A program made the position numbers and the translations under genes. Below, piece by piece: positions 25,751 through 38,903 of a stretch of DNA of 64,000 nucleotides. The notes under the pieces were generated by a model. That model searched no databases and had not been told where the DNA came from. It was given only the letters and a program-made list of their open reading frames with translations. The stretch spans positions 186,001 through 250,000 of the forward strand of contig RSEE01000007.1 in assembly GCA_003971905.1 (NCBI GenBank), written 5' to 3'. Source of the DNA: Moniliella sp. 'wahieum' (lineage: Eukaryota). How positions within the stretch are numbered: position 1 is the stretch's first letter; each line of letters opens with the position of its first letter.

Positions 25751-28343
25751 TCTGTTACATGTCACAGTGACAGTCGAGAACATTATTGAGATGGAGCTGA
25801 TGAAGACCCTTTGATCTGAGAGAGAGAGAGAATGATGATTGATGAAGAAACGTCTGCCCGATATTAGATCTTAGATCTTACACCAAATTTGTGGCACGGA
25901 TTTTCCAGAGAAATGTCTGGGGGCTCGGGCCATCGACCATACCCTTCTCCTGGGCAGTCCCACATCTACAGCGGCGGGACTAGGCGGGAATGGGATTGCT
26001 CTTCTTGGCGGATTGGGATGGACGGACTGAGGGGCTCTGGGCCTGAGCCTCAGGCGTCAATCACACGCGTGACGGAGTATACGAGTTGCCGTGCACGTTT
26101 AACACGTTTTAACGTTTAAAATTAACGTGCGTTTAAAACTGAGTTACTCAGACTGAGGTACTGAGGAGTACCACCGACATGATGACAGGCGCCATGGCTG
26201 TGCGTTTATGGCTTGGAGCTTAACAGCATAAGCTCTCTGAGATCTGAGATCAGGCCAAGGGTACGTAGACGCTATTTGCCCGTGTGGATCTAGATCAGTT
26301 TTGCAGCGGTGGTGCCTTCGTCTAGCAGCAGCAGGCATGGAAGGCTGGGCGCTGGAACATGGAATCCCTCATGGATAGGGTGACATGCGTGACATCAAAC
26401 AGGAGACTAGTCTGTGACGCCAATAGGTCGCCGAGCGTCAAGCGCTGACCGCTGAGCCTCAGCGCAGGGGATATGCGACATGGTGACAAAGGGAATACGT
26501 ACGTATAGTGCATGGCGAGGAACTAGGTCAAGCCACGCCCCCGGATCCTGTGCAGATTTCTTGTGATCGTGATCATCGATCATATCAATCCATCATCGAT
26601 AATCGAATTTCGAACATTGAATATTAGACGTTGGACACCGGGGCCACCGGTGAGGGTCACCTGAGTTGGAAAGAAGCCGAGTACCGAGAATCCAACCTTT
26701 ACCAACTCCAGTTCATTTCAATGCTAGCTACTATTCCAACGTCCAAATGCATTTCGTCGTTGACAGTGTTCAACCTCAACGTTGACCTCAACGTTGACCT
26801 GTTCCTTACTTCTACGAGAGAAGATGTGACGTTTGGCGCCTATCGTCGATAGGCCGTACGGCCGAGAGGAATGGACCTATAGTAGGGGACCGGCCACCGG
26901 TCACCGCGATTGGTCGCAGCAGCTTACAGGCAGCCGGTCACACATGATCACAACTGCATGCCACATGTCACATGCACACACATGTCACGTTGTCACATGT
27001 CACTCATGTCACTAGGTCCCTAGTCGCTTGAAGCTTCGTATCACTGGTCACTAGGTCACTCGTTCTCTTCGATCACTGGTCGCATGTCACAGGTTAAATT
27101 AAGCAAATTTCAAACGGCGCCACAGCATTAACGTCGACATCGAGCGCCGAGCGCCGAGCATCCTACACTCTAGTGCCTAGTCCTTCATACATATCGAATC
27201 GACACTGTCATATATTATCGATCGCCCCAGGCCCCAGGCCCTCAAGCCTCACGCGTCACGCGCACGCCCTCAGCGTCTCATCCTCAGGCATCCATGTCAC
27301 CTGTGACGCCACACGGCACGTCTTCCTTTCACGTATATTGTACTCTGGGTATAGGCAGACCGGGAAGCTGGAAGGCGCACTGCCACCCCCCCTCGTGTGG
27401 CACTGCCCTTGGCCTCTTCTCTTCCTCGATGCTATCTAGGCCTCATTAATATGTAGGTCTGATGTCTGAGTTCTGAGTGTACTCAGCACGTACTCAGCAC
27501 TCTTGGACCCTACTCGATGATCCCGATCGATCATCAATCATTTTAACCATTAATCATCGGTCATCTTAATCATTCTCCGCACTCCCCGCCACGAGTCACC
27601 GCGTCACCCGTCTCACGCCATGCACACCTGCTCAATTCTCGATCACTCTGGCCCCTTGGCTGTGCGAGTGCGCTAATACCCAGCGCACCCACTTTCGTCG
27701 CCGTTCGTTAGTGTGTCCTGGCGTACCTGCCTGCCTCTCGCATCCTATCTTGTGCGGTGACCGGTGAGGCTCACCAGTCTGCCTTCCTCTGAGCGCCTGA
27801 GCGCTCTCAACGGCTCAGTGCTCAGGCGCAGCGCCTCTCCTTGTCCCGGCAACACAAGTCGCCAGTGGGCTTCTGCCCCCAGATCAGAGAAAAGACGCTA
27901 TTATAAGGCGTCCTTGGTCTTTTTTCCCTTCTTAAAGCCTGTCGTCGCCCTCCCTGTCCATCGTGCCCCCCTCCCGCCACTTCCTCTTCCCCGCCTCGCA
28001 TCGCCCCCCTCGTCGCCCTCGATTTCCAGTCCCCAAACCATCACTTTGCCCGAACCGCTGCTGTCCATATTGACGTCAGCGCTGAAGAGACTCAGTATAC
28101 GCAACCAGTACTCTCAGTACTTTGCGATACGAGGCGCTGGGTGGCGTTAGCATTGCCAACAGCTGTGCCTGCTCTCCCTTTCCCAGTCTTTTTCTTCGCG
28201 CCTTTCCACCGTGGCCGGTCCCTTTGAGGCCGCTCTTCCCAGCCTCTGATCTGATCTATTTTCTTGGCATCTGCCCTTAATAACACCACCTTGCATCGTT
28301 TCCCGCCGTTTTCATCACCTCACCATTCCCCTGTCTTTTCACC

Positions 28344-29691
28344 ATGGCGACATTCGACATGCCCATCACTGCATTCTCCTCTCTCCCACCATACCCGTGA
28401 TGCGGGACCAGCACGATATGCACACACCTATGCCATTCGACGCCTTCGGTCCGGCTCTTGATCCCGCTGCACTGCGTGAAGGTGCTGGTATTTCTGCTAC
28501 TCCTCTCATCCTCCATCGCTGGCGGAACCGCCCTTCTCTTCCCGCGGCCCCTTCTCAGCCATGTTAGCATCCTGCCTGGACCTTACGGCGCCCTTGGGAA
28601 CGTGGCCCGAACCGAGCACTCACCTTCCTCCCGACTCGCTCACTGTGGCATCTCAACCTCCCTCGTTTTTGTCTCCCGGCAGTGCCTGCTCCGCACCCTT
28701 CCCCATCCCGCTAAAGGCGGCCGTGCCTTCCGTCCTGACCGCTGGCCCTCGCACTGCCTTCCCTTCCCCGCTTTCGTCCCCCACCGTCTCTACGGCGTCC
28801 GCGCCACTACTATCTCCACCCCCACCGCCGGGCTCATGGGATGCGAATCGCCCGACCGATGCGGGGACGTTTCCGTTTCTCGACCACGCCAGCTGGAGCT
28901 CTAAGGAAGCGGATTGGAGGCAGGAGACAAGCATTGTCTGGCCCCAACCTCGACCCGTGTGGTCTGAGACGGAGTATCCAATGCTGAATGGAACGATGGG
29001 AGTGCGCGACCCGGGCTCTGACCTTGGATCCGAGGCCATGACCAGTACGACAGGGTCTTCGCCTCTGTCTGCTCCATCTGCCAAGAGGACAAGTAAGGGC
29101 GGGAGCAAGGCGTCGTTGCCCAAGAACTATGCATGCAACCGTTGCGGCGTGGCGTTTGCGCGGAATCATGATCTGCGGCGCCACGCTCGGATTCACATGG
29201 TCAACAAGCCCTACTCTTGCCCTACCTGCCACAAGCAGTTCTCGCGCAAAGATGCGATGAGCCGCCACCTGGCCGTCAAGTCAGGCTGCATGCGAACACG
29301 AAGGGGTCAGGCCGCCCCCCCAGATGCCACTTTCGCCACCCCACAGCGGCACTGGACGGGCCTAGCGTCCCCACACTTTCCTCGCGCCCGAACACCGCTC
29401 CTGGGCCCACATTTTCAGACTGGAGCGTGTTGCGGCAGCCCGACACATCCACATATTGCTCCTCTGCAGTGCAATCTTCCCTCTTATCCTCCACATCGAG
29501 CGAAACCGCGTTCAGTACCTAAGCCCTGTTCGACACACCTTTCTCGATGGCGTACGGCTACCATGTCGGTCTGGGTTCATTGGCTCGGAATGAACAGCGT
29601 GGCCACCCTGGACCTCTCGGCTCCCGAGATCCCAGCCCGAGTCTGAAACCCAGTTGTATCGACTTCAAAACCCCCGGCAGAGAGCCGATAA
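28344..29691 (+). CDS. C2H2 zinc-finger transcription factor (two fingers)
   Basis: YACNRCGVAFARNHDLRRHARIH-MVNKP-YSCPTCHKQFSRKDAMSRH at about 29128-29268. P/S-rich N-terminus; TATA-like CTATTATAAG at 27898. Ends approximate because of frameshifts. Confidence 0.88.
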
Positions 29692-30600
29692 GCCTCTGAC
29701 CCCCGGACTCTTCCCTCGAGCACTGTTTGCTCCCTCATTCGCCCTCCATACCACTGCCACCAATCCGCGGACCTATCGCCTGCATCCTCACCCCGTGCTA
29801 ATCTGCCCATTCCATTGCCGTCTCTCATCGATCGTCTCGCATCGTACTGAACAATTATTGATTTTTGAGTGTACTTCTCTCTCTTTCTAGTTGTGATGGA
29901 CTACAGGGCGTGGAGATTACTAGGATTAGTTCAGTGTCAGCCTAGGGAGAGTGATCGGGCAAGGCGGTGCGCAAAGCGAGGCAGATCTTGCTTGTTTCCT
30001 CGTTCATCGAAATTCTCCCTCCTGTTGAGGGAGGGCAGCAACTACGGCTAGGGCGTCACGCGCCTTTACCGTAGCCTTTTCGCATCCTGAGCTATCAGGA
30101 ACGATAAGTTCTCGTTGTGCCGTCGACGTACCACATCCTGAGATTAACGCCAGATTGGCTGCGATAATGAATGATTATCCCAGTCTCCACCCATCAATGC
30201 GTCTTGAGAGGAAGAAGTGTTGGGAATTGCGTACATCACCTTTGCTAGTGCAACCGTCCTCGGACTTGTATTTCGCTGCCAGGACAAAACGGTGTCGGCA
30301 GTAGTATCAGCCATTCAGATGCAGCATATAGGGATGAGGTGCAAGTTGATGGATATTAATGGTGAAGGTGCACGATCGCAACTGGGATACAGGGTCGGTC
30401 GTTGAAAAGGTTAGGTTAAGTCTGAAGCTTTAGTTGAGCGCCATAGGGGTGTACAATGTGATGTACAGTCCAGGAGTTCCAAGAGAGCAGTGCCGTTTGT
30501 ACCTGCTGTTGATTTTGTTCCTGGGGGAGCTGCGCAGATTTAGAGCCAATGGAATGGAGAAGGGAGAGGGCCATCGACCGCTCCAATCACTAGAGTAGCC

Positions 30601-31579
30601 TTAGAGCAAGTAGGCGTGCATTCGGATTTGGGTGAGCACGGCCTTCAAGAATTGGACAAGCATTGATCCTAGTTGGGCAAATTTAGCACTGACCCGCACA
30701 TGAATCGGTGGGTCCCCCGTCCGGATCCGCTTAACAGTAATTACTGCAGTCTGACCATCTTGGGCAATGTTGTGGTTGATCCCATGGACGCCTTCCTCCA
30801 GCAGCCCTGTGACGTACTCCACGTCAGCAGTCCACTCCCAGTTGCGGTAGGACCCGCCAGCAATTGAGGCATTGACGAGAAGGTCCCGTCCATGGTTGTA
30901 GCCATTCTTAATGATCTTGTGCTGGTATGCCAGGTTTTTCTCTGCCGACACGGCTAGGAACCAGGCGCCCGTCTGAGAGAGGGGGCCATACTGCTTGAAA
31001 GCTGGGGGGAACCGGGGGACTAGGTCAGCCATTGTTTAAAAAAAGAGAATAGGGAACGCACCTCGGAAGTGGTTGCCTCCAGCCACCGATTCACGGCAGG
31101 AACCAATCGTGCGTCCTGCATCCCAAGCCTGATTTCGCGGTATTCGAATCGCTCCTCCACCATCCCATTGCCATCACCCAGATCGGCGCGCATGGGGGTA
31201 CCAATGTGCATGTCGAAGCATTCGAAGCTAAAGCCGATCGATCGGACATAGTCGCGGAAACCAGCATCAGAGAGGATGTAAGGATCGGACAGCTCGAGAT
31301 GATTGCGTTGATGGGCTCTCGCATGCCATTCTCGACGAGAAGCAGCATACTGCCCCCATAGTGCGATGGGTCGGTATAGCCCCGGCCGATGCTGGCGTGC
31401 TGGCCATTTCGGTACGAAAGCGCGGGCTCATGGTCCCCTGCATTCTCCACGGGAACTTGAGGGTTAGTTGAGTCGGCCTGTCCGGATGTCAGGGCTGGAT
31501 GAGCCGAAGCAATTGGTGTGAACCAGGAGAGAAAAGCAAGAAGCAACAGCGCCTGAAACGTCAAGACATTCAAGCGCAT
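30601..31579 (-). CDS. Uncharacterised secreted fungal protein
   Basis: Signal peptide MRLNVLTFQALLLLAFLSWFTPIASA-HP; motifs GYTDP..GGSML..EPINAIIS, SIGFSFEC, ADLGDGNG, GNHFR|..Q.G..TGAWFLAVS.EK and NGYNHGRDLLV. Intron 31061-31002 (GTGCGT..CTGAC..CAG). Alternative ATG at 31627. Confidence 0.75.
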
Positions 31580-31861
31580 GCCCGAAGTTCCCAGCCGCTC
31601 GAGACCCGCGATGAAGGCAGTGCCCATGGTGACGACGCGCCAACCACTCACAGAGGAAGGGCGGACAGAGGGGCGCAACTACAGGCGATGGTGGCGATAT
31701 GATATGAGGTTGGTGTTGTTTTCCTTGCTCCCCACACATCTACACATCGTCAGGCGTCAGCGCGTCAGGCGTCAGTCGGCAGTTCTCCGTAAGTGTACAA
31801 GCGCAAGGGCAGTGTCCATGAGCATCAGGGTTACAGGGTTACAGGAACTGGCAACAAAAAT

Positions 31862-31960
31862 GGGGCTCAGCGGGAATTGAACCCACGACCACCTCTATTC
31901 GAACTGTATCTAGCTCGGGCAAGACCCGAAAGAGGCATGATACCACTACACCATGAGCCC
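31862..31960 (-). tRNA. tRNA-Pro(CGG) with 27-nt intron (31898-31924)
   Basis: Minus strand: acceptor GGGCTCA/TGAGCCC, D-arm GGTGTAGTGGTATCAT, anticodon arm CCTCT-TTCGGG^T-AGAGG, T-arm GTGGGTTCAATTCCCGC. The intron follows G37 and contains CCCGA, complementary to the anticodon loop. Mature length 72 nt; followed by a TTTTT Pol III terminator. Confidence 0.95.
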
Positions 31961-33471
31961 TTGGTGATGACCACTGCGGTGAAGAATAGGTGGGTGCTTT
32001 CTTATGTGAATCGCCACAACACGCCTGGGTGTCAGGCCCTAACCTTTTCTCTCTGCCATGTATGAATGGTTGCATTTCCTAATCTCTGATGAGACGTCAG
32101 CCCCCCCCCCCCCCCGCCGTCTTAGCCGAAAGCAGCGAAGAGAAAACCACTCAACTAAACAATTTCATGGAGAGGGTACATGCCCCCCCCATAATATACG
32201 ACCTTGGCTGTGTGGGTCCTTGATTGTTTTGTATGTGGTTTTTCATTCGAATCGCAACTCCCGCTACATCCGTCGGGTTGGATGTCAATGACTCGAGATA
32301 GCGAAATGATATAGAAGAGAGGTTAGAAAGGGGCGAGAGTCAAGTAAACGCGATTATTATAGGGATCAAAGAAGCATAGAAATAACCGCGACGAAAAGGC
32401 TACGGAAACGAGAAGAGGGGGGTCCAGAAACGGCGGCCACAAGTGATGGATGAATACCATGAACGAGAATAGTAAAACATAAACACGGTTGCAGAGTGGG
32501 TGTTGGTCATGCACATACACTTCGAATCAATTCCATTGAACTCTGCGTCCAGAGTATCTTATTAGTACTATATACCGTCATATACACGTGCCGGCGAAGC
32601 CAGGGCGGACGTCACTTCTCCTCGTTGTTGTCGGGCAGGTACAGTGTTTTGCGAAAAGGGATCATGCAGGCTCCCGCACTACAGAGGGAGTCCAGATTCG
32701 AGCTTTTGGTGGAAGAGGCGCAGAAATGTACATGTGCCTGCAAGTACCAATTTGCCGTTCAGGTGCGCTTACAGACTTGCTCTACAGGCTGGCAGGTTGA
32801 GTACTGAGTAGATCTCAGGGAACAGTATAAATGACGACCTACCAAGATGTTTTGCTGAGCCACGCAACGGCCAAGGGCCTTGCCCAACAGAAGGCTCAAA
32901 CTTACCGGGAGCGCGCCCGGCGGGGCTCAAAGAAGGGGATGCGCTTCATCTATCACTCCATCGACTTCATCAGCCAGGAAGGATGACGTGATAGAGCAAT
33001 CGCCTTCGCCGTCTCTCTGCGATCGGATTCGGCGGACGAGAAGCGATGATCGATGAAGATTGGAGAATGGGCAATGGCCTTAATTGGGCCAAAGGGTGTC
33101 GTGGAGTCAGCCATCAGCCTGCCAATGCAGGCCTGGTGGCTGATGCACTCACTGATGGGTCACTGATTGATTTTGATCAGTACTCAACAAGATCAGTATT
33201 GATTGAATTGAATATTGATCGTCGTCTTCATACTGATGACAAGCAGTAGTAGTTGTTCAGGTATCGCAACCCATCTGATTTCGGCGGGGGCTATCGCCGC
33301 TATAGCTCCATCTCCTCCGTCACCTTGCCGCCCTCCTCTGCATAAGATGGCACGTTGCAATGGCCGTGCCAACCCCGTCGATCCTCGTCGGTACAGATCT
33401 ACCACACTCTTTGCACGCCGCTAGATCCCCCTTTTGACCCAACGTCTTCTCCCACCTCGTTACCCACGCCC

Positions 33472-34713
33472 ATGCCGAGCGCCGTGCAGCCTCTGCCGCT
33501 TCTGCTGCCCTTTGAGATTATCGCCCACATCATCTCTTTCCTCGCGCCTCCCGTATGCTGTGGCCTGAAAGGGGAGGACGCGGAGCGTGGAGTCGTCGTC
33601 CCTACTTGGAATGCTGCCCAGGAGCAGGTACTGCGCCAGTGCCGGCGCGACTTGGCAACCGCCGCGCGGGTGTGCCGATCGTTGCTCCCTGTAGCGCGTC
33701 GGCTGCTTTACTCGCGCTTGACACTTTCCTCTCCACGCGTAGCACGACGCTTGGCTGAGCGATTACGGATGGAGCAAGAACTGGAGCGGAACGCCCAAGT
33801 AGAAGGCGCGGGAAATGCACCTTTGGAAGGCAAGTACACGACCCCGCCCTACTGTTCATGAGGGGGGACTAGCCTCAGTCCGGGCGAACAGTGTGGTTTG
33901 TCCATCAGACTTGGAGCAACCGTTTTACTTTGATCAGCAGCCAAACTGCTACGACCTATCCATCTCGCCTCTACTGAAAGACACAGTGTTTGACCAACGG
34001 TCTTCTTTGATGGTCGCACAGCGATTCCCACCTCCGATATGCCCTTGCGCAACTGCCCCTGTCATGGTCGCCCCGCTACGCCTGTCGCGATTGATCAAGG
34101 AGCTCTACTTTCCTCATGCCAACGGTTTCCCGGGCCAAGGGACAATGAGGATGATGTGGGCCAATGGCGCTGTTCTCTCCGGACCATCTTTGACACGTGC
34201 CCCCACCTCCATTCAATCTCTGTGGTTGTCTCATCACAAGGTAACATTGCCTGGGAGGAACTGATGGAAGTTACCACCAGCGTTCGCCTGGAGTGTCTCC
34301 AAATTCTCTGCACCCGGTTCGTCCCTCTTTCCTGCTGTGTTCTGTTCTGGAATGAGTTTGACGGGCTAACCCAGCAACCTCCCCCCCCCCCCTTCCCCAG
34401 TCCTACGGTCTGCTCAACTTGGCCGGGTACCCCACCTGCTCACGTCCTGTCCCCTCTGGCCCATCTGCATTTACATAACCTTCTCTTGCTCCCGCTGCTT
34501 TCACAGCTGGCTTCCCAACCCAAGCTTGGGGCGTTGCAGACGATTGTGCTTACCGGTCCTCATCAGCCTGTCATTCTGCCCAATCTCCAGAACCAACGAT
34601 ACCTACTGCGGCGGTTCGTGGCGAAACTCAGTACAGAGAGGGTGAAAGGTACTGTCGATGCCTCCTACGCGAGCTCTGTGCTCCCCCGTTCTCGATGGGT
34701 CTCGCATGTTTAG
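33472..34713 (+). CDS. F-box-like domain protein
   Basis: N-terminal LLLPFEIIAHIISFL...RRDLATAARVCRSLLPVARRLLYSRLTL is a typical fungal F-box-like segment. The Leu-rich downstream region (LRTIFDTCPHLHSISV) is LRR-like. Frameshifts and probable introns. Confidence 0.65.
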
Positions 34714-34913
34714 CTTGCACCACCACTCCCTCCCTCGCTCGATCTAACCAGAGTAGGCCTTCGGTGCGGGTTTTAACGGCAACTCTATCATTGCATGACG
34801 TGTTGCACGCCCCCACAATCGTACATAGCCCCTTCCTTGGGCCTTAGGCTGCAGCCTGACGCGAGGTAGATTGACGGATCAGCAGTGCCGCGCGGCGGCT
34901 TGAGAGTTGAGGC

Positions 34914-36532
34914 CTACGATGCGGCTCGCCGCTGCTGGGCCAGGGCATGCGCTTGGACCGCTTGAGCGTGCGCGTATTGAGCTTGGGCCGACAAGGCGGC
35001 GGGCGGCGCATAGCCCATCAAGCTGGACGTGCTGCCCATCGGCGGAGGCGCTTGGGCATTGAATTGGGACGGCGTAGGCGCTGCCGCCGACGTGGTAGCC
35101 AACGGCGAAGGCACTCCATGCGACAAGGAACGTTCTTCCAGAGCCTCATAATACAGCGTAAACAGCTTGGTCACTTTTTCCCACGTACCCGGGTCAAAGA
35201 AAACGTACGCGCCCCGCTCGTACTGAGACGTCTTTTGCACGGGCTCAGTGTTGGGGTCCTTGGTGAGCCACACTCGGAGCGTCTTGTGATACCTCCATCC
35301 CCGTTGGTACCTGAACAGAGTGGTCAGTGGCAAGGACAAGAACGCGAACAGAGAGGAAAACGAAAAGAGGCCAACTTACAGTTCCCGCGCTGCCGTCTCT
35401 TGCAACACATCTCGAGGAGCGCTGTAAAAGATGAAGAACAGCGTCTCGTCCGCCAGGCTCCGAATTTTCGTCTGGGCCGGCGGAGGCGGCTGGACATTGT
35501 AGCAGGAGGGCAAATGGAAATCGGGCTCGACCATCGACTGAGTCTGCAGGTGAGCCAGAGCGACGGCTGCGTCCGGTCCTGCCAATGCATCTTCTGACCA
35601 TGGGGTAAGGAAGGAAGAGCTGAGCGCCTCTCGCGAATTGAGGTTCATCCCCATTCGCCTCAGATCGGTGCCCATTGATACCAACGAAGTATCCCCCTGC
35701 GACTTGATAATCGCCAGGAGCCCTACCAGTCCAAATCGGTCCGCTGGACTCAAATAAATCTGCTGGGCCGGGGTCACAGCTTGAGGCAACGCGGTCGTTC
35801 CTGTTCCCGATTGTCGCCCCGACTGGGACAGGAGAGAGAGCAGGTTGCTGGTTCCTGGTCCGGAAACGACCACCTTGTTACCCATGCCTTGGGTAGAGGT
35901 GGCCATGTCCAACACGTTCTGCGCCGCCTCGACTGCTCGCGGCGACATGGTTTGCACGTTGCCCCTTGCACTCTGAGCCTCCAACGTGCTCTGCATTGCA
36001 TTGATCGCAGCTTGGGCCTCAGTGGCATCGACCGTGGCCGAGGCGAGCTGTCGAGGCGGTGTCCCGTTCATCTGGGACAAGCTCGGAGCGATTCCAGGAG
36101 GCAGGGCGGCGACCGAGGCAGCTGAGGCAAACGAAGGAGAAGTTAGCCTGTCCCATGAGCCGTTCGTGGGTGCCATACCGTTCCTTGCTGCATCTGGCGG
36201 GAGCTGCTGCTTGCCATTGAGCGTGCTGAGCAACGCCGCGACACCAGGCGAAGATGGTGGCCCGTTGTTGACACTGCCGAGCAGGTTGGCGCGGTGCTGT
36301 TGTTCGCGGGCGACCATGAGAGCGTGCTGCTGGTAGGCCAGGTCATTCTGGGAGGCAGACGCGGGGCCCATGGCGGCGGCGGGAGAGCGGGCGGCGGAGG
36401 AGGCATGGGCCAGCGCACCGGACGAGCTCAGGGCCGGGAAGGCATCGGGGGAGAGGCCCGAGGCACTGGCGCTGAGCGGCGGGAAGGCGGTGCGGCGTAG
36501 GCCGACGATGGTCGTGCGGCTGGCGATGCCAT
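34914..36532 (-). CDS. NOT2: CCR4-NOT subunit Not2/Cdc36 (NOT box)
   Basis: DRFGLVGLL..MGTDL..MGMNLNS, EPDFHLPSCYNV, DETLFFIFYSAPRDVLQETAAREL|YQRGWRYHKTLRVWLT..YERGAYVFFDPGTWEK. Intron 35379-35311 (GTAAGT..CTGAC..CAG). Confidence 0.93.
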
Positions 36533-37008
36533 GGACGGAGCAGCGGGCGCAGACGGCGGGCGGGGCGCGGGCGGTGGTGGTCCTTTCGTGGCCGGCGACG
36601 CAGAGGCTCCCTCACGAAGCTCACCGCCGCCGGCGGCAGCTGCGAAGAGGCGGTTACCTAAGCTCGAACCCTACCTGTGGGGTACACTGCCCCCCCGCGC
36701 CTGGAACGCGCTGCCCAACCCTAGTGGGCATTGCTTTCACTGGGCTCTCGCAGTTCAGCAGGGACTCCGACACTATCGCGCTCTGGCCTCGCCGGCTCAT
36801 CGACCCAGCACGCCTCCTGCCTGCGGCTCCATCCGCACTGATATCATCGGGGTGGGGCGCAGCGTCCTCCCTCTCGATGGAATGGAATTGCTGGACGGGA
36901 CCGTACTAGTAACGCGCATGCGAATGGGGGGGGGGGGTTAAGAGTAGACAGATGCTTGTCGGTGGCTGCTGGTTGCCCAGTCCAACGGGTGCGCTGTTCA
37001 TCATCACC

Positions 37009-38028
37009 TCAAGCCTGCACGCGAACAAAGAGGAGCAACACCGGACAAAGGTCAGTGATCCATGTAGCTGTGCAGATTGAACCAATTCGACTTGGCTCCA
37101 AATCCTGTGCCCGAATCAAATACTCACATCCAAAAGCGAGTTCACCACCGCATCGTTCGAAACGTTGTGCACGCTAATAACAAAAAAGAGGGTGTCAGTC
37201 GATGGAGAAGATCGCACAGAAATGGAACCACGCACTTTGAGCCGCGGTAGTTGAGGCGGTCCAGGACCCGAATCACGTCCTTGGTAGCGAAACCCATGGC
37301 AGTAAAGGTGTCAACATGCTCCTTCTCGAGCCCAGCCTGGCGGATGCGCTGCTCGTCGGTCAGTTCGCCCTTGGCGTGGTTCTTGGGATCGGCATAACGC
37401 TGCGTCCATTCTTTGGCGGTCTTATCAAAATCCTTTCGGTCCCTCTTAAAGTGGCCAGCCACTTGGGCATCTTGCGGATCGTCCGGCTCCGGACTGCACA
37501 GCAGTGATTGCAGGGAAACCAGGGTTGAGTGAAGCGTCAGCGTTGGCAGCCACTTATCCTTCAGAATGTCGAGACAGATGGCTCCAGTCGCGCTGCTCAC
37601 GTTAGGGTGGTAAACACGGGTGAGAAACTTCATCTTGACCGGCTGGAAGGGGTACTGTTCAGGCACAACAATGTCCTGCGGGGGGGAGGGGGAATGGAAA
37701 GTGTCAGGCGCGCAGCTGGAGAAAGGGACAAGGGAGCAGAAGAGACGGGGATGCGGCAAGGCACACCGGGAAACATACAACATCGAAAATGCCGCCCTCA
37801 TAGGGCGACTCGTCAGGGCCATGGAAGGAGCCGATGAGGTGGAACGGGTTGCCTGTTGGCGGTGGCGAGGGTGTTAATGACGGCAGCGCCAGGCAGGCCA
37901 GATCGACGGGGAGGCGGGGGAGAGGGAGGAGCACGCACCATCAATCATGGCGACCTCGATGCCGCTGGTCTTGTCCTTGGCGCATTCTGCGATCTCCTTC
38001 TGGACACGGCGCAGGCGGGGCTGGACAT
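37009..38028 (-). CDS. UBC1: Ubiquitin-conjugating enzyme Ubc1/E2-25K with C-terminal UBA-like domain
   Basis: RLRRVQKEI, HLIGSFHGPDESPYEGGIF, YPFQPVKMKFLTRVYHPNVSSATGAICLDILKDKW, SPEPDDPQDAQVA, then a UBA-like FTAMGF. Four probable introns. Confidence 0.93.
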
Positions 38029-38903
38029 GGTGGTGGGGGCAGGGCGGCAGTGGGTGCGGCGGGTGGGCGGGTCGTTCGCCAGCGAACATGAGCGAAGGCC
38101 ACTTTAAAGCGCCGATGCGCGGGCACTCACCCTTACGTAACCAGCCCGCCTCGCCTCGTCCACATTGCGATCGGGAGATTGAGGGGCGGCCTGTGGGTGG
38201 CTGGCGGGCTGCTGGGCCTTGGGCCTTAGCAGGGCAGCCGCCCGCTGGCTCGCAGATCTAAGCGGCAACCGGAGGGTTGCCTTTGCTGGCCCTGAACGCG
38301 ACGGGTGCGCGCCTGCCACAGGGCACGCCATAGCTGCCCGCGTCCACCGCCGCCGCCGCCGCGTTTGCTACTACCCCCAGAGGGCCATGTGCCACCGCCA
38401 CTGCCTGTCTGGCACCTTCCCCCTTCCCCCGCCACCCTCCGCATCCGCTCCTCAGTGTGCATGGCTCTGGCCCTGCAACACCCAGCTCATCCCAGCAGCG
38501 CCGGTTGACGGTAGACAACTATATATCATTGCAGCCCGCTCCTGGCCCAAACGTGGCGGAGCGGTTGCTACGCAGTGGGCCTACAGCGCATAGGTGGGGG
38601 GACCTTACAGCGTGACAACAGTCTCAACGCATACCTACACGTCAGGCTGCTACCTCGCTACAAGGGGTATGGGGGTCTACAACACACGAAAAACCGGGGG
38701 GCTGGAGAGGGGGGGGGGGGATCAGGCATTATTGCCATGCAGATTGGTGCAATCTGCATGGGGAGGGGGGGGAGCCTCGACACGGGGTAGAGAGGAGCGT
38801 AGTGATGGTACAAAAAGCACAGGAGAGGGAGGCAGTTGAAGAGACGGAAAGGGCTGTGCAGCGTAGCCAAGGCAACGATGTACGCTGGGCGGGCGCGCAC
38901 GCC

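Noticed and set aside
25665..27620. CRISPR-like array or MITE
   Set aside because: No constant 23-47 bp repeat with unique spacers, no cas genes, eukaryotic context; no terminal inverted repeat pair with a target-site duplication found.
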